A DNA stretch of 64,000 nucleotides from Hydrolagus colliei (Eukaryota): the NCBI GenBank assembly GCA_035084275.1, contig CM068748.1, positions 16,058,001 to 16,122,000 of the forward strand. Direction: 5' to 3'. Below are positions 1 through 12,620 of the stretch, piece by piece (the first letter of the stretch is position 1; every line of letters begins with the position of its first letter). The notes beneath the pieces were generated by a model. The model was not told the DNA's origin. It ran no database searches and worked only from the letters and a program-made list of their open reading frames with translations. Position numbers and translations under genes: made by a program.

Positions 1-289
1 TCAAGTCATATAAAGATAGAAGTGAAAAATAGCTAATTGGATTTTCCAGACCTCAACGAATAAATGACTGGGATAGTGGTATGTAGACACAGCAGATTGC
101 GCTTGTGGTTGTGACCAGAGATTTGTATCTGCATATTTATAATCTGTGGTACAAATTACCTGATCTCAGCCTTGAGATCACATTTAGCCTTAGCATTCCT
201 GGGTTTGGCCAAGGTTCCTGTTTCTAAAACCTGTACAATGACATCTTCCAGGAAGCTTGTACGCACGATGATTGTGAGGATGGCTTTGG

Positions 290-660
290 GATTCCCTGTG
301 ATGCAGGAATTTTTTCAAGGGTTTGCCTTGGCTAGTGTATGTGTGGGGGTTAGAGGAATTCTAGAAGAGAGTTCTAGAGAGTAAGGTGAGAAGAAGGGGT
401 GACTTGAAAAGATGGCACATGTTGGCACAGTGGAGTGAGTGGGCAGGGGAATAAGATTACAAGTGACCCCATAGATATGGTTGGGAAAAGTTAGGAAAGG
501 TTTTGATGGGAAGAGGGAGGATCTTTAAAGTCAATACTCTTGAAGTTAGGGAGCTAGTGGAACTGGGGGAGATAATGTGGTCTGTGAAGTTTTGGATGAT
601 CTGGAGCTTGGAGATGGCATGCAGTGCATTTACGATGACATGTCTAGAGAATGACAAAGG
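290..660 (-). mobile_element. Degenerate L2-type LINE fragment
   Basis: Minus-strand translation contains KLQIIQN, like the other L2 RT-end copies here; boundaries approximate. Confidence 0.5.
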
Positions 661-1739
661 TTAATGTTTACATGGTCTGTGAAAGGAAAGGTTTGATGGG
701 CCAAATGGTCTTATCAGTAACTCACTCTGAGTCTGTTTCTATATTCAATGACTAATCCCTACATATCCATCTGAACTTCTGCTTGTCTGACATGAACACT
801 ACTTTTTTCACTTCAATAATTTCAATGTTGCATTAGATTTGCATCAAATTTGACAATGATTTCTCCCTATCAGACTTGACACAAATTCTGCAATGAAGGC
901 AGGCTGTGAAGCACAAAAAAATGCTATGTTTGTTATGCTCTTGTCCCATTTAAGATGCCCTTGCGATTGGTTCCAATATAATTCTGTGGACCACAGGGTT
1001 TGCGTTTATTTTCGTGCAGATAAGGAAAAGTTTCAGTGCAAAATGAGACTTCACATTTCTGAATCTGCTGCACTGAACCTTAACTAAACGCACACAGATA
1101 ACACCAATGTCTCTGGGTAACAGTGTTTAACTTCTGCACTAATCATTCTGATTTAGGAAAATGAACATTTCTGAGGCCAAAGGTTTAGTATGTTAGTAGA
1201 AATAAAGCTGCAGATATGCTTATTTCACAAACATCATTCCGGTGGCAGTGCATCAGAGAGAAAGTGATCAATGTCTTGGTTACAAGCCTTGACATCATCA
1301 TCATCATAATAATCCTTGCATTTACCTTGTCATTTCTCTGACATCCTTTTCCCCATACACTAATCAATAGATAAAAATTGACTGTGTTTTTAAGAATGAT
1401 GAAACATTGCATATTTGAAATGAAATGGACTATAAATTTGACTGAGAATAAATTCATAGGAACTATGTGTGTGGAACCTATGAGAATTCTAAATGCTGTG
1501 TCATGAAGAAGCCAATGAGCAATTTAGCCAATTGTCAATGACAATGGTTCTTTAAATTGGGTAGATTTAAACATTATTGTCTCAACATTAGCAAAAGTAA
1601 GACTGGTTGTTGTTGGTGGAGATCTAACACACAGTGATAACAGGGAGACTGATCCTGCAAGTTGAGGCAGGCTTATATGCCAGTTGTAGGCTGGTTCCCT
1701 ACAGCTGGTTTATGGGAGGTAGGGGGGGTGGAATTGTGA

Positions 1740-2021
<282 letters not shown>

Positions 2022-3308
2022 TAAGTAAAAAGAAGTTTGATTTACAGAGTGTAATGAAAGTCAGAAATGCCAAAGAAAGTTGCCCATCTTGCCATGCTCT
2101 GTTCCACCATCAGTTTAAGTGGGACAGACAGAGACCCTGACATCCTATCTGTGAGTAAATCTCAAAACAGGATTTAGCGATGCTAGCAATCCTTCCCTTT
2201 TTATAAGTAAATTTCCTATTAGATGTGGAGAATGAAAAGTTTGGTAGCGCTAGCGTCCTGCGAACGTTCAACTTCAGTAAATAAAGAAATCTATGTTAGG
2301 GAAATTTGTATTTATATTTGTACGTCGATAAGATGTGAAAAGCGCTACATCAAATGCAAGGATTATATTATTATTGTATTCTTTGGCTGAGCATTTGAAC
2401 AAAGTTTTATCAATGGGACAAAACAGTTCTCAAAATTATGGCCTCATGATTAAGATACTGCTTTATCCTAATTTAAGACTTAAATCTGGGAAGTCTTTGA
2501 GTTGTCATGTTGTTGTGTTTGTAATGTTGGCCAACGGCAACGATTGAATTAATGTGAGCACTGATGACTTAATTTGTTACCTGTGGTTCCAATCATCCGT
2601 TCTGCTGGAGTAACACAACAGCAGGGGATAGTTGCAAACTAATCCCAGCAGCATCTCTAATTGCTAATTTATCTCATCTGAAACGTGGACAACAATTATG
2701 TGTAGAAATGAAGTATTCTACTTTATCTGTTTTTCCCACAAGGCACAGCAACCCGCAAACAATTCATACCCCTAAAAATCTATCTCTACACATGGACTGG
2801 TAGACATTTACATTTTGGAAGGCCATATAACCCATCCTGCCTGCATTGGTAGTAAGGGTTGGGCTGGAAAACAGACTTGCTAAACTAAAGATGTGTGTAT
2901 ACTGTAATTTTCCCCTCAGGACTCTGATATTTATCGGCAAGTTTTAGTTTTGGCTTTTGAAGTAAATCCCCAAGTGAGCACATAAAGGGCACAAGGGAAT
3001 TTGTAAAATAGGTTGTGTGAAATTTATTTCTGCTATTTACTGAGCAGAATATAGCATACACTAAAGCTACAAGAAGATTGTAAATAAAAGTACATAATGT
3101 AAACATAGTTTGTGGAAATGCAGTCCACCTTATTGAAATTGTATTGTTTATTGCCCTGTAAATTTATATTCTATATGATGCAATTAAATGTATAAACAGG
3201 AATGAGACTTTGCCATAATCTGAAAGATTTGTGTGCAAATTGGGTCAAATATGAATTTAAATTGGGTAGACTTTTCTTCTAAGGGTGGCTTTGTTTTATA
3301 TACTCTAG

Positions 3309-3644
<336 letters not shown>

Positions 3645-3941
3645 TAGATGCTGTTTGTTTGGAAAACTGTACTTCAATAAACTGTACAGAACATATAGCA
3701 TGTCATGTGGAAGAACCCAGTATCATTAGAATTGTTATCTCCTAGAAACGGTTCTAGTCTCACAGTTCAGCTAATCTGCAGAGTGAGGAAGGAGGAATAC
3801 AGAAAAGAAGGGGAGAGGGAGAGTCAAAATTGGCTAACCTGCGAAATGCAACTGGATATATTTAACATTTGTAACATTTTGACTAGGTTATGTTTCAAGA
3901 ATGCATTGTTGTATATACAATTAAATGTGGTTGTTGAATAT

Positions 3942-4342
3942 AACAACAACAACAACAACAAATTACATTTATAGAGCGCCTTTCACGTCGGGAGGACGTC
4001 CTAAGGCGCTGCACAGGAGGCGTGTGACCTGAGCTGGGAGGGGAGTGTTTGGGAAGGGGTGAAACACGAAGGGGGGGTAAAAGAGTTCGGGGTGGAACAG
4101 AAGGCATGATCGAAGAGGAAAGTCTTCAAACCGGCCTTGAAAGAGGAAAGGGAAGAGACGAAATGGAGGGATTGAGGGATTGCATTCCAAAGGGTGGGAG
4201 CGGAGAAACTGAAGGCCCGGCCTCCGATGGTGGGGCGGTTCGGGCGGGGGGCTTGGAGCAGGCCAAGTCCTGTTGAACGGAGGGTCCGGGTGGGCGTGTA
4301 GGGGGAGAGTAGATCGGTTAGATAGGGTGGGGCAAGGCCGTG
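3942..4342 (-). mobile_element. 5'-truncated L2-clade LINE (ORF2 C-terminus, 3' UTR and (TTG)n tail), well preserved
   Basis: Minus-strand HGLAPPYLTDLL...GGRAFSFSAPTLWN...FKAGLKTFLF; (AAC)n on + at 3942-3960; CpGs retained. Confidence 0.88.
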
Positions 4343-4916
4343 TATATACAAGAATAGAAACAGTTTTCAATGGTTGAAAAGTATGTCACACATGACTCTT
4401 TGGGCTAAAATGACAATACATAATGCTAGAACATTATACGAGCAGAAGAAATGAGCTCCAGTGGAGTTCTGGAATTTAAGGAAGAAACCAGTCGAAACTG
4501 TTGAAATAAAATTCTCCTCTGTCTGATTAGTGTGAATTCGAAGCATTTAAATTCTAGTTCGCCGTGGGCAAAGGAAGGTATTTTCCTGAGATGGGCAGGC
4601 TGGAGGAAGCATTGATCCTTGTTTAAATGTATTCTTTGAAACTTTTACTGGTTGTATATATATCTGGTGAGGATAGTACTGTTTTATTTGTTCCCTCTGT
4701 GGCGTTTTTTCTTGTCTTAACATATTAAAACGTTTTCCTCGGATAAAAGGTATATACTTTTTTTTAAATCACGTTTTTTTAAAGCATCAGTTTATCATAA
4801 ATGACGATGTTCAGTAAGGATGTTTGAGTCTGTAACATATTAGTATATTATTTTAAAATGTTCTCTCCATCTGCTTTGCCCCGTTTCACTTGCTCTTTGT
4901 GTTTCCCACGTCTCAG

Positions 4917-4999
4917 ATAGAGTCAGCAGATGCCTGTCTTATTCTGACTAATAAATACTGCGGAGATCCTGATGCAGAGGATGCGTCCAACATTATGAG
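4917..4999 (+). CDS. KCNMA1: KCNMA1 exon, 83 nt: [27 protein letters not shown](R)
   Basis: tctcag|ATAGAG...ATGAG|gtaagt. Confidence 0.97.
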
Positions 5000-5982
5000 G
5001 TAAGTAGGGAAGGATCTGTCACTGGTGAAACTGAAGGTCATAATTGGTTTATGAAGGCTGAACTCCCAATATTTCCTGTTCATTCAATATTTACAGGAAT
5101 TATTCAAATATGTATTCGTTAATTGAGAGATTTCTCAACTTTGTTTTGTGAGTGCAGAGATTGTATGTGTGAGTGGGAGGTGGGAGGGGCGATGAAATTC
5201 TTATTGTTGCTGAGTGTGGGTGACTTTGAGGAATATATGCTTAGAATGGGAAAACCCCAAATAGAAAACACTCAAACCAGTCAAGTCATTGAACACAGCA
5301 ATGAAAGGAATTCCCTGTTTTATATGTTTGGGACTCTCAAAGTTGTTCTACTGACAAACCTGGATGCAAGATTTGACAAATAAAAAGGTTAGGTTGTAGC
5401 AAACATGCGTGTTAAAAGTCTGTAGAATGCAGAAGGTAAAGGACAGTGAAAGAGGTAAGGAGATCCATAGCTTTAAGATCCTAGGAAAGAACACGTTGGA
5501 ATGAGTTTTGATACCAACACAATGATTATACAGGATGTATGAGATCTGCTTTTGGTGCTTAGGCGAGGAATCCCAAGAGTGTACATTTCAACCTCAATGT
5601 GTTACAATTCATGAAAGGGACACCTTCCTAATTTGTGTTTCCTTTGAAATGTAGTTTGCAGCTGGACTGTAATGACTTCATCCACATCCTGCTTCTCAGG
5701 AAGACTTTGTCGAATTGCTTTCACATATACAAATATACATTTTCCAAATTGTCCTTATTTGAGAATATTCAAAGTCAGAAAATAAGTATTTAAAAGCTCT
5801 GATTGCCCCGATGAATGGATAATTCATCAAAATATTGTTTCAAAAAGCCTCAAACCACTGATAAATGGATATGGAAATTGAGTCTTGTTGGAGATGTGAA
5901 TTTTATTCAGTGTTTTAGCTAAAGCATATGTTTTTTTTCCAAAAATCATCCAGCTCTTAATGAATGTTTCTTTCTCATTTAG

Positions 5983-6052
5983 GGTAATATCCATCAAAAA
6001 CTATCATCCAAAGATAAGAATCATTACGCAGATGTTACAGTATCACAACAAG
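5983..6052 (+). CDS. KCNMA1: KCNMA1 exon, 70 nt: [23 protein letters not shown]
   Basis: tttctcatttag|GGTAAT...AACAAG|gtcggc. Confidence 0.97.
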
Positions 6053-6777
6053 GTCGGCGCACTTTTAATTGTATTTATCTGCTCAGATTTGTGTTTGGAA
6101 ATGTCTAAAAAATAATTGGCTGTTTTTTAAAACTTTTAAAGTTGAATTTATTGAACACACCATCTTATTGACACCAACATCCTCATGCTTAAATTCCCTT
6201 CACTCCCTAGCACCTCTTGAACTCTGTATCTTCTGCTACCTTACTCGTCTGCTTGCCACTGCAGCTCGGCGACCACAGCTAACAATAATACAAGTTGTAT
6301 GGTAAACTGAAACGGCGTTCCAGAGAGAGTTGTTCCTGCTGGTTGATGTTTAGTAAAATGCAAGAGAACGTTAGCATTTCAACCATGTCAACAATTGTTT
6401 GGTTGCCAGTTACATAGAATCTATGTAAAGTTCTATCAGCTGCCTCCATCCTCTGCACAGAGCGTTCCCGATTATTAGCACATTGTAGATCAATGCTAAA
6501 ACGTACCTTCTTAGACTGCTGTCATTGCCAAAAAAAAAGGAACTATCTGCTCCATACAAGGGAAAAGTTTGTGCTGAACTCTGGGGTTATTATTGAGCAC
6601 GCTTTGCAAGCAACTGATTTGTCTTCAGAACTAATCACGCAATGAAAGATTGACTACAGCTGACAAACAGCACAGGATAATATCTATTTCTAGTTCCTAT
6701 TTAGGAATAATTTTGAAAAATTTGAAGATATTTGGCTCACTGGAAAGTGCGTGCACAACTATTACATGTGCATAAAA

Positions 6778-7095
6778 GAGTCCTATAGCTCGGTGGTTAA
6801 ACACACTTGCCTCACAAATGAAAGATCTAAGTTCTATTCTCAGCACAACAAAATGTTGGGCAAGTTTCCTCACTTCACAAGCCTCTGTTTACCCAGCAAT
6901 GAGCAGGAACCAGGTTGTTAGTCGATTGGCCGATCACTTTTCCAATGATAATAATCCCTAAAAAAAATAAAAAAAGTAATTAGGGCCCTCAATCCATGAC
7001 TTTCTGTGAGACACTACTGTGTGCAATTGTCACATTTCGCCCACAAATATACAGTAAATTCACTTTACAGTATATTCTGACATCTAGAAGACATG
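6778..7095 (+). mobile_element. tRNA-derived SINE
   Basis: GAGTCCTATAGCTCGGTGG head with A/B-box-like motifs and TTGGGCAAGTTTCCT core shared with the copies at 10.7 kb and 30.9 kb. Confidence 0.75.
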
Positions 7096-7290
7096 AAACA
7101 ACAACAGCAAAATTACACTTTTTATAGCACCGTTCAAGTCAGAAGAATGTCCAGGCCCTGGACAGTCATTGTTTCAGACCTGAGCTGGGGTCGGGGTTTG
7201 GCAGGGTGGAGGGAAAGGGAGGGATTTGGGGTGACAGAGGGGACTGTCAAAGAGGAGGGTCTTGAGGCGGAGGGACTTCGGGATAGAGTT
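7096..7290 (-). mobile_element. L2 3'-end fragment
   Basis: aacaacaacagcaaaattac tail and gacctgagctggg segment shared with 3942-4342. Confidence 0.7.
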
Positions 7291-9428
7291 CCAATGAAAA
7301 GCACTGTAGGATTATTATTATTACAGCTAGCAGTTTGCTGGTAATGATGAATATGATTTTCTGATGCTCCCTTTACATTCACCCTCCAAAGAAACTTTGG
7401 CACTGTACCATGCAATTAGATTTAATCATCTTAAGACAGAAACACAACACGCATGTTTTGCTTTTATACATGTTTCAGAGGAAGTGTTCTCTGGAGCCGC
7501 TTGCTATCCATCACTTGTTCATACAGAAGCCATTATCCCCCTGGGCTCATATCACAGAACATGGCATTAAATTAGGCACATCCAGCAATTTGTATGATGT
7601 CCTTTCACGTTAGGAGGACGTTCCTAGACGTTGGACCCGAACTGAGGGAAGGAATTGGGGAGGGTGGAGGGCAGGATGGAGGGTCAGTGTGGCTCTACCA
7701 TGTGAATGATGTGGCTAAACAAATAATTATTTTTAAGGAATATGACTTCCTGAGATTTATCGCATTGTTTGAACTAGTCCCAGGCTATCCACAAATATTT
7801 CTATAACATCTATTCACTCGCCAGTATCTCACCTTGATTAGGAAAATTCAGATGAATAAAAAACTTTTATATAGTGCACTGAAAGGGATCAGAACAAAAA
7901 CGTGAGGCCAGAATGCAAGGCACCAGTGCATTTAACTTGTTTCTGACCAGTGTTTTAAACCGCAGCTCTTATTCATTCTCACGGTAAAGCTCACAGGCAA
8001 AAAAATATGTATCTGGTCAGCTGGGTGTCATTCACACATGTGGAAACCCATCAAGAGTTATGCAAACCAAGCTGAGAATTCCATACATCCCACCTATACA
8101 TGGAAATTCCAGAGATAAATTGTTGGAATGAAATGCGCACTCTCCCAGGAGGGATACATCCTGCTTACCTAATTCTGGAAAATATTAAGCACAAGTTAAC
8201 AAGAGCCATGGCTTGGGGACCCCAGAGTGTGTTTGGGGGTATGCTAAAACTGCATAGCTTGCCCTTGAGGTGACGTAAGGCCCAGAATTCCTCCCAGTCA
8301 AATTCTGTGTCACGATAGAAATTACTTTCCGCAGTTCTTCAAAAGATCTGACTTACAAGTTGAGACTAAATTTAAAGAATTTTCCACAATCTGCAGTCTT
8401 TGTTTAGAAAAAAATGCTTCTGCAGGCTAGTGAGGCAGAATTTGAGGCCTCCGGTTGATTAGCTAGCATGATTATTGATTGGTTGGTGAATTTTCACCAT
8501 CTTCTCTTTCTCTGTGAGGCTTTGCTTAAGGTGTTAAGAAGCTGTTTGAAATAGTTGCTTTAAACAATGCAAGTATTGTTACTTCAATAGTGTCTGGAGC
8601 TAACACATCACACCAGAGAAACTAAGTGTCTTGCCTCAGTGTGTGCACTGATTTTTGAGATTGTTAAAGGATAAATTAAATTATTGCTGGGTAAATGAAC
8701 ATTATGGAATGCAATTGTCTGCCAACTCCTAATAACTTTCTCAACACAACATTGTTGTGTGTTCGATTGCTGGGCATGAGTCAAATGAAGGCGTGAAAGT
8801 GGTTCAGATCTGTGCGTTCCTTTCCACAACAATTTAAGAAAAACGTTCTTGTTTCACTTCTTACTTTGCCTTTGTGGGCCTAAATGTGTTTATTTTCCTT
8901 TAATGGACATTAACGCAATGCCACTAACAGAGGTGGCTCAAGCTGATTTTATTGCTGTATTCAGATTTTGCACCCAATTTGCACAGAATTTCACCTTATA
9001 TAAAAATACATCTTGCTTTTAAAATCCAGATGCACACTAAAAGGTTGGTTGATTAAGCACTGTACTGTCAGGTTCAGTACAGTGTGAACAGGATGCAAAG
9101 TTTGCAATGGATGTGCTGCAGCTACCTTACATCTTTGCAGCTCATTGCAGGACAAAAATCCTTTGCCGGTATTTTTTGTATTAATAATGAAAAATAAAAC
9201 AAAACATTTAGTGCATAAGATCTGAGGTGCTCAGGGGAGTCCACGGACGAATTGACAACAGATGTGAATACAGATTTAACTGCAGACTGTTAGTTGTGTG
9301 GGTTCTCAAGTGCCTCTAGTTGCAAAACGATTGCAAAGAAAAACAAAGATGCTTATTGTGATCCCATCAACCATTGTGAATATTTCAAAATGTATTATTA
9401 AATCAATGCAGCAGAATGTGTGGATTGA

Positions 9429-9692
<264 letters not shown>

Positions 9693-9959
9693 TGAATAAA
9701 AAATGTAACTCGAAGGAAAACTAGACAACCCGGAGAAGAAATGTTATAGTTGCTTGTTTTTTTTAACAGCAGGTGCCTCAAATACTGTTGATGCTCAGTA
9801 GTTAACCTGGTACTGCAATACTGTACTACTGGTTACACAGCAAATCTGTGCTAATGTGCTGATTCAGTTTAGATCACCAGTTCACAATTTAGGTGTTTGG
9901 TGTCCTTTTTTTTTAAAAGCATTGAATATAAAGAATACTGTTGAATAAGAAGATGTTTA

Positions 9960-10772
9960 ATAATAATCATAATAATATTGTTTACATTTGATAAAGCGCC
10001 TTATCGCATCTTCAAGACGTCTCAAAGCGTTTGACAAAATATATTGTCAAGTGAATTGACTATATTTTGTGGGCAAAACACGACAGCCAATTATGCACAG
10101 CAGTGTCGCACAAACAGTCGTGGATTGAATGACCTATTTATATAATAATACTTGTATTTGATGTAGCACTTTTCACATCTTATCAACGTCTCAAAGCGCT
10201 TCACAGAATATACTGTAAAGTGAATTGACTGTATATTTGTGGGTGTTACGTATATAACATATATATTTTTTAAGGAATTATTAGCCCAGAAAGACTAAAA
10301 CCCAGATGTTTGTAACTCTTGAGTAGTACTGTGCAACTGTAATCCACATACTGTACCTTCAAGGAGTTAATACCCATATGCGATTGATTCCCCTTCCATC
10401 TGTTGCTTTGTTGTACACCAAGAAGCGGTTTATCTCGTGCTTTACTTTGACGGATCCTGATGTTGCCAATGCTTAAAAAAACATAAAACATACATTCGGA
10501 AGAGCTCCAGCAAAGGATCAGAACTGATAGACCTCTGAAAGTAGAGCTGTCATCTTTCAAGTTGATTTAAAAAAAGGACAGGACTGTAACTGCTCCTATT
10601 CCAAAGTACTGTCCAAACATTTAAGGGATTATTAACCCCCAGAAAATGATCCACCAATACCTTCTGCTAGGTAACAGTGTAGATTAAGAAAGTTTGCCCA
10701 AGGTTTCGCCCCGCTGGGAATTAAACCCTCTCGCTTGCAAGGCAAGTGCTCTAATCGTGAGCTACAGGACTC
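9960..10772 (-). mobile_element. tRNA-derived SINE: two tandem 3'-tail copies (about 9960-10250), with the head at about 10670-10772
   Basis: Repeated gacgtctcaaagcg...gtgaattgact...gtggg blocks; the head reads GAGTCCTGTAGCTCA on the minus strand. Confidence 0.7.
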
Positions 10773-12423
10773 CATATACAGGAAACCTGAATATGGACTT
10801 CAGAGACAACAGTAATGTAATGTGCGCAGCTGAATATCACACTGATTAGATACCTGAATAAAGCATTCCTCAGCCCAAAAGCAAAAATATCCATTTGGAA
10901 AAATCTGGTTATAAATTTACAGTCATCAACTGTTGAAAGATCTTCAAATACAATATTTACACTGTTGAGGCTTTGACATGTGAAGAATCCACTATTCAGA
11001 TTTACCACAGTGGAAAGTATGGTGTGGACTGCCATATGATTCATCTATGAAACGATTATTTATATACCTAAGTGGCTTCCATGGAAATTTATTTTATGAA
11101 GAACAAGTACAACCTGATTGTGAACTTAGCACCTTAGCTTCAAATGGACAGACTGTATGATTGTTATTCAAATCCATATTGTATCTTTAAGTACTAGAGG
11201 ATGATTTTTTGTGTGTGTAGTCTCTGGTAGTCAGTCATTGAATGCTGGGGGCATTTTTATGCAGCTTTGGAGATATTCAGCTGGCAGTATTTCAGGTTTC
11301 CATTGTGAAACTTGGACCACCAGCTGGAAGTATTGTCCTGGGGAAGCTGTGCACAAATTCTATTTTAATACAAATTGATCCATCCTTAAAACAATCCTTG
11401 CATGTTATTGCTCTTCAATCTTTCTCACTGCAATACCGTACCATTGAACAATGACAAAAATGTTCCCAAAGTAATTGGCTCCATTCCCGCAAAATGATGC
11501 AAAGCCTTGTCCAATGCAATGGTCTGGCTGTCAAGGCTGCCAGAAGATTTCAAGGCCTGTCACAACATGTTGATGACCACTAAACTCATAATGACATCTG
11601 CAGACCTCTGTAAATCTGTTTGCACATAATTTGGGGCTTACCATTCCAACTCCTACAAATGTATCCAAATCCACAAAGGAGGAAATGATTGTCCAACTCT
11701 TTTGGCTACTTTGGCCCACATGGATGCCAATTAACAAATTCTCATACAAGGCTAACTTTATGATAAAAATGCAATATTGAAAACAGCAGTTAAGATAATT
11801 GCTTGGAAGGGGAAGCATATCCATTTAACTGAAGGATATCCCAAATAATTCAGCCTGTTGAGCTAGAATAAGAACATTCATATCTTAGTGGATCTACTCA
11901 GAGTTTCACCCATTAAATGATAAATATATATAATGTCTTCTTTTTTAAAAAAAATGGTTTTAGCAATGTTGAACCGATTTTGTGAAAGCATGTTTAATCA
12001 GGAAGGTTTGTGAATGGTTTCAAATGAGCCTATGAAGACTGGCCCTCTTGAGAGTCAGAAGGGTCAAACCAATGGACTGTCCTTAATGGAGAAGTACCTC
12101 AATAAGTGGTTGTCATTGTTCAACTAACGTAAGACACACTACATATTCTGATTAGTGGCATGTTTTTGGTTACGAACTACTAAACTAATACAATCCAGGT
12201 CTTCTATGTTGACCTTGGAGAAAATGTAAAATAGTAAACAAGTGTGCATGAAACACCCATGTATGTGGAGGTACTAATGATTTTTTCTCCAAATTATTCT
12301 GTGGTCTATTTGCAACAAACCCATCTTCATATGTGCATATTGAATATCTGGGCCCACGTAATAAAATACCATGATAAGTGACTTAACATTCCAGACCCAC
12401 AGGTGTTTGCATGCAAACAGGTA

Positions 12424-12620
12424 GAGTAAAAGCCTGTTTATCCGGCACCCGATCAACCATAATTTACGTATAACCGGCATCGAAAAAAAAAGATCCGCAT
12501 TCGATTAACCGGAATTTATCCAGGAAATTATTTTTTTGGCGTTTTCGGACGAATATCCGGCACATGCTTTAACCAGCATTGGCCAGGTCCCGAGGGTGCC
12601 GGATAAACGGGCTTTTATTG
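12424..12620. mobile_element. 197-bp Tc1/mariner (pogo/Tigger-like) MITE
   Basis: 27-bp TIRs (GAGTAAAAGCCTGTTTATCCGGCACCC vs reverse complement CAATAAAAGCCCGTTTATCCGGCACCC, 3 mismatches); TA at 12422-12423 and 12621-12622. Confidence 0.85.

Noticed and set aside
4001-4351. RT-like ORFs here and at 31949-32302 and 49492-49842 as functional genes
   Set aside because: 5'-truncated L2 fragments lacking the RT core and endonuclease.
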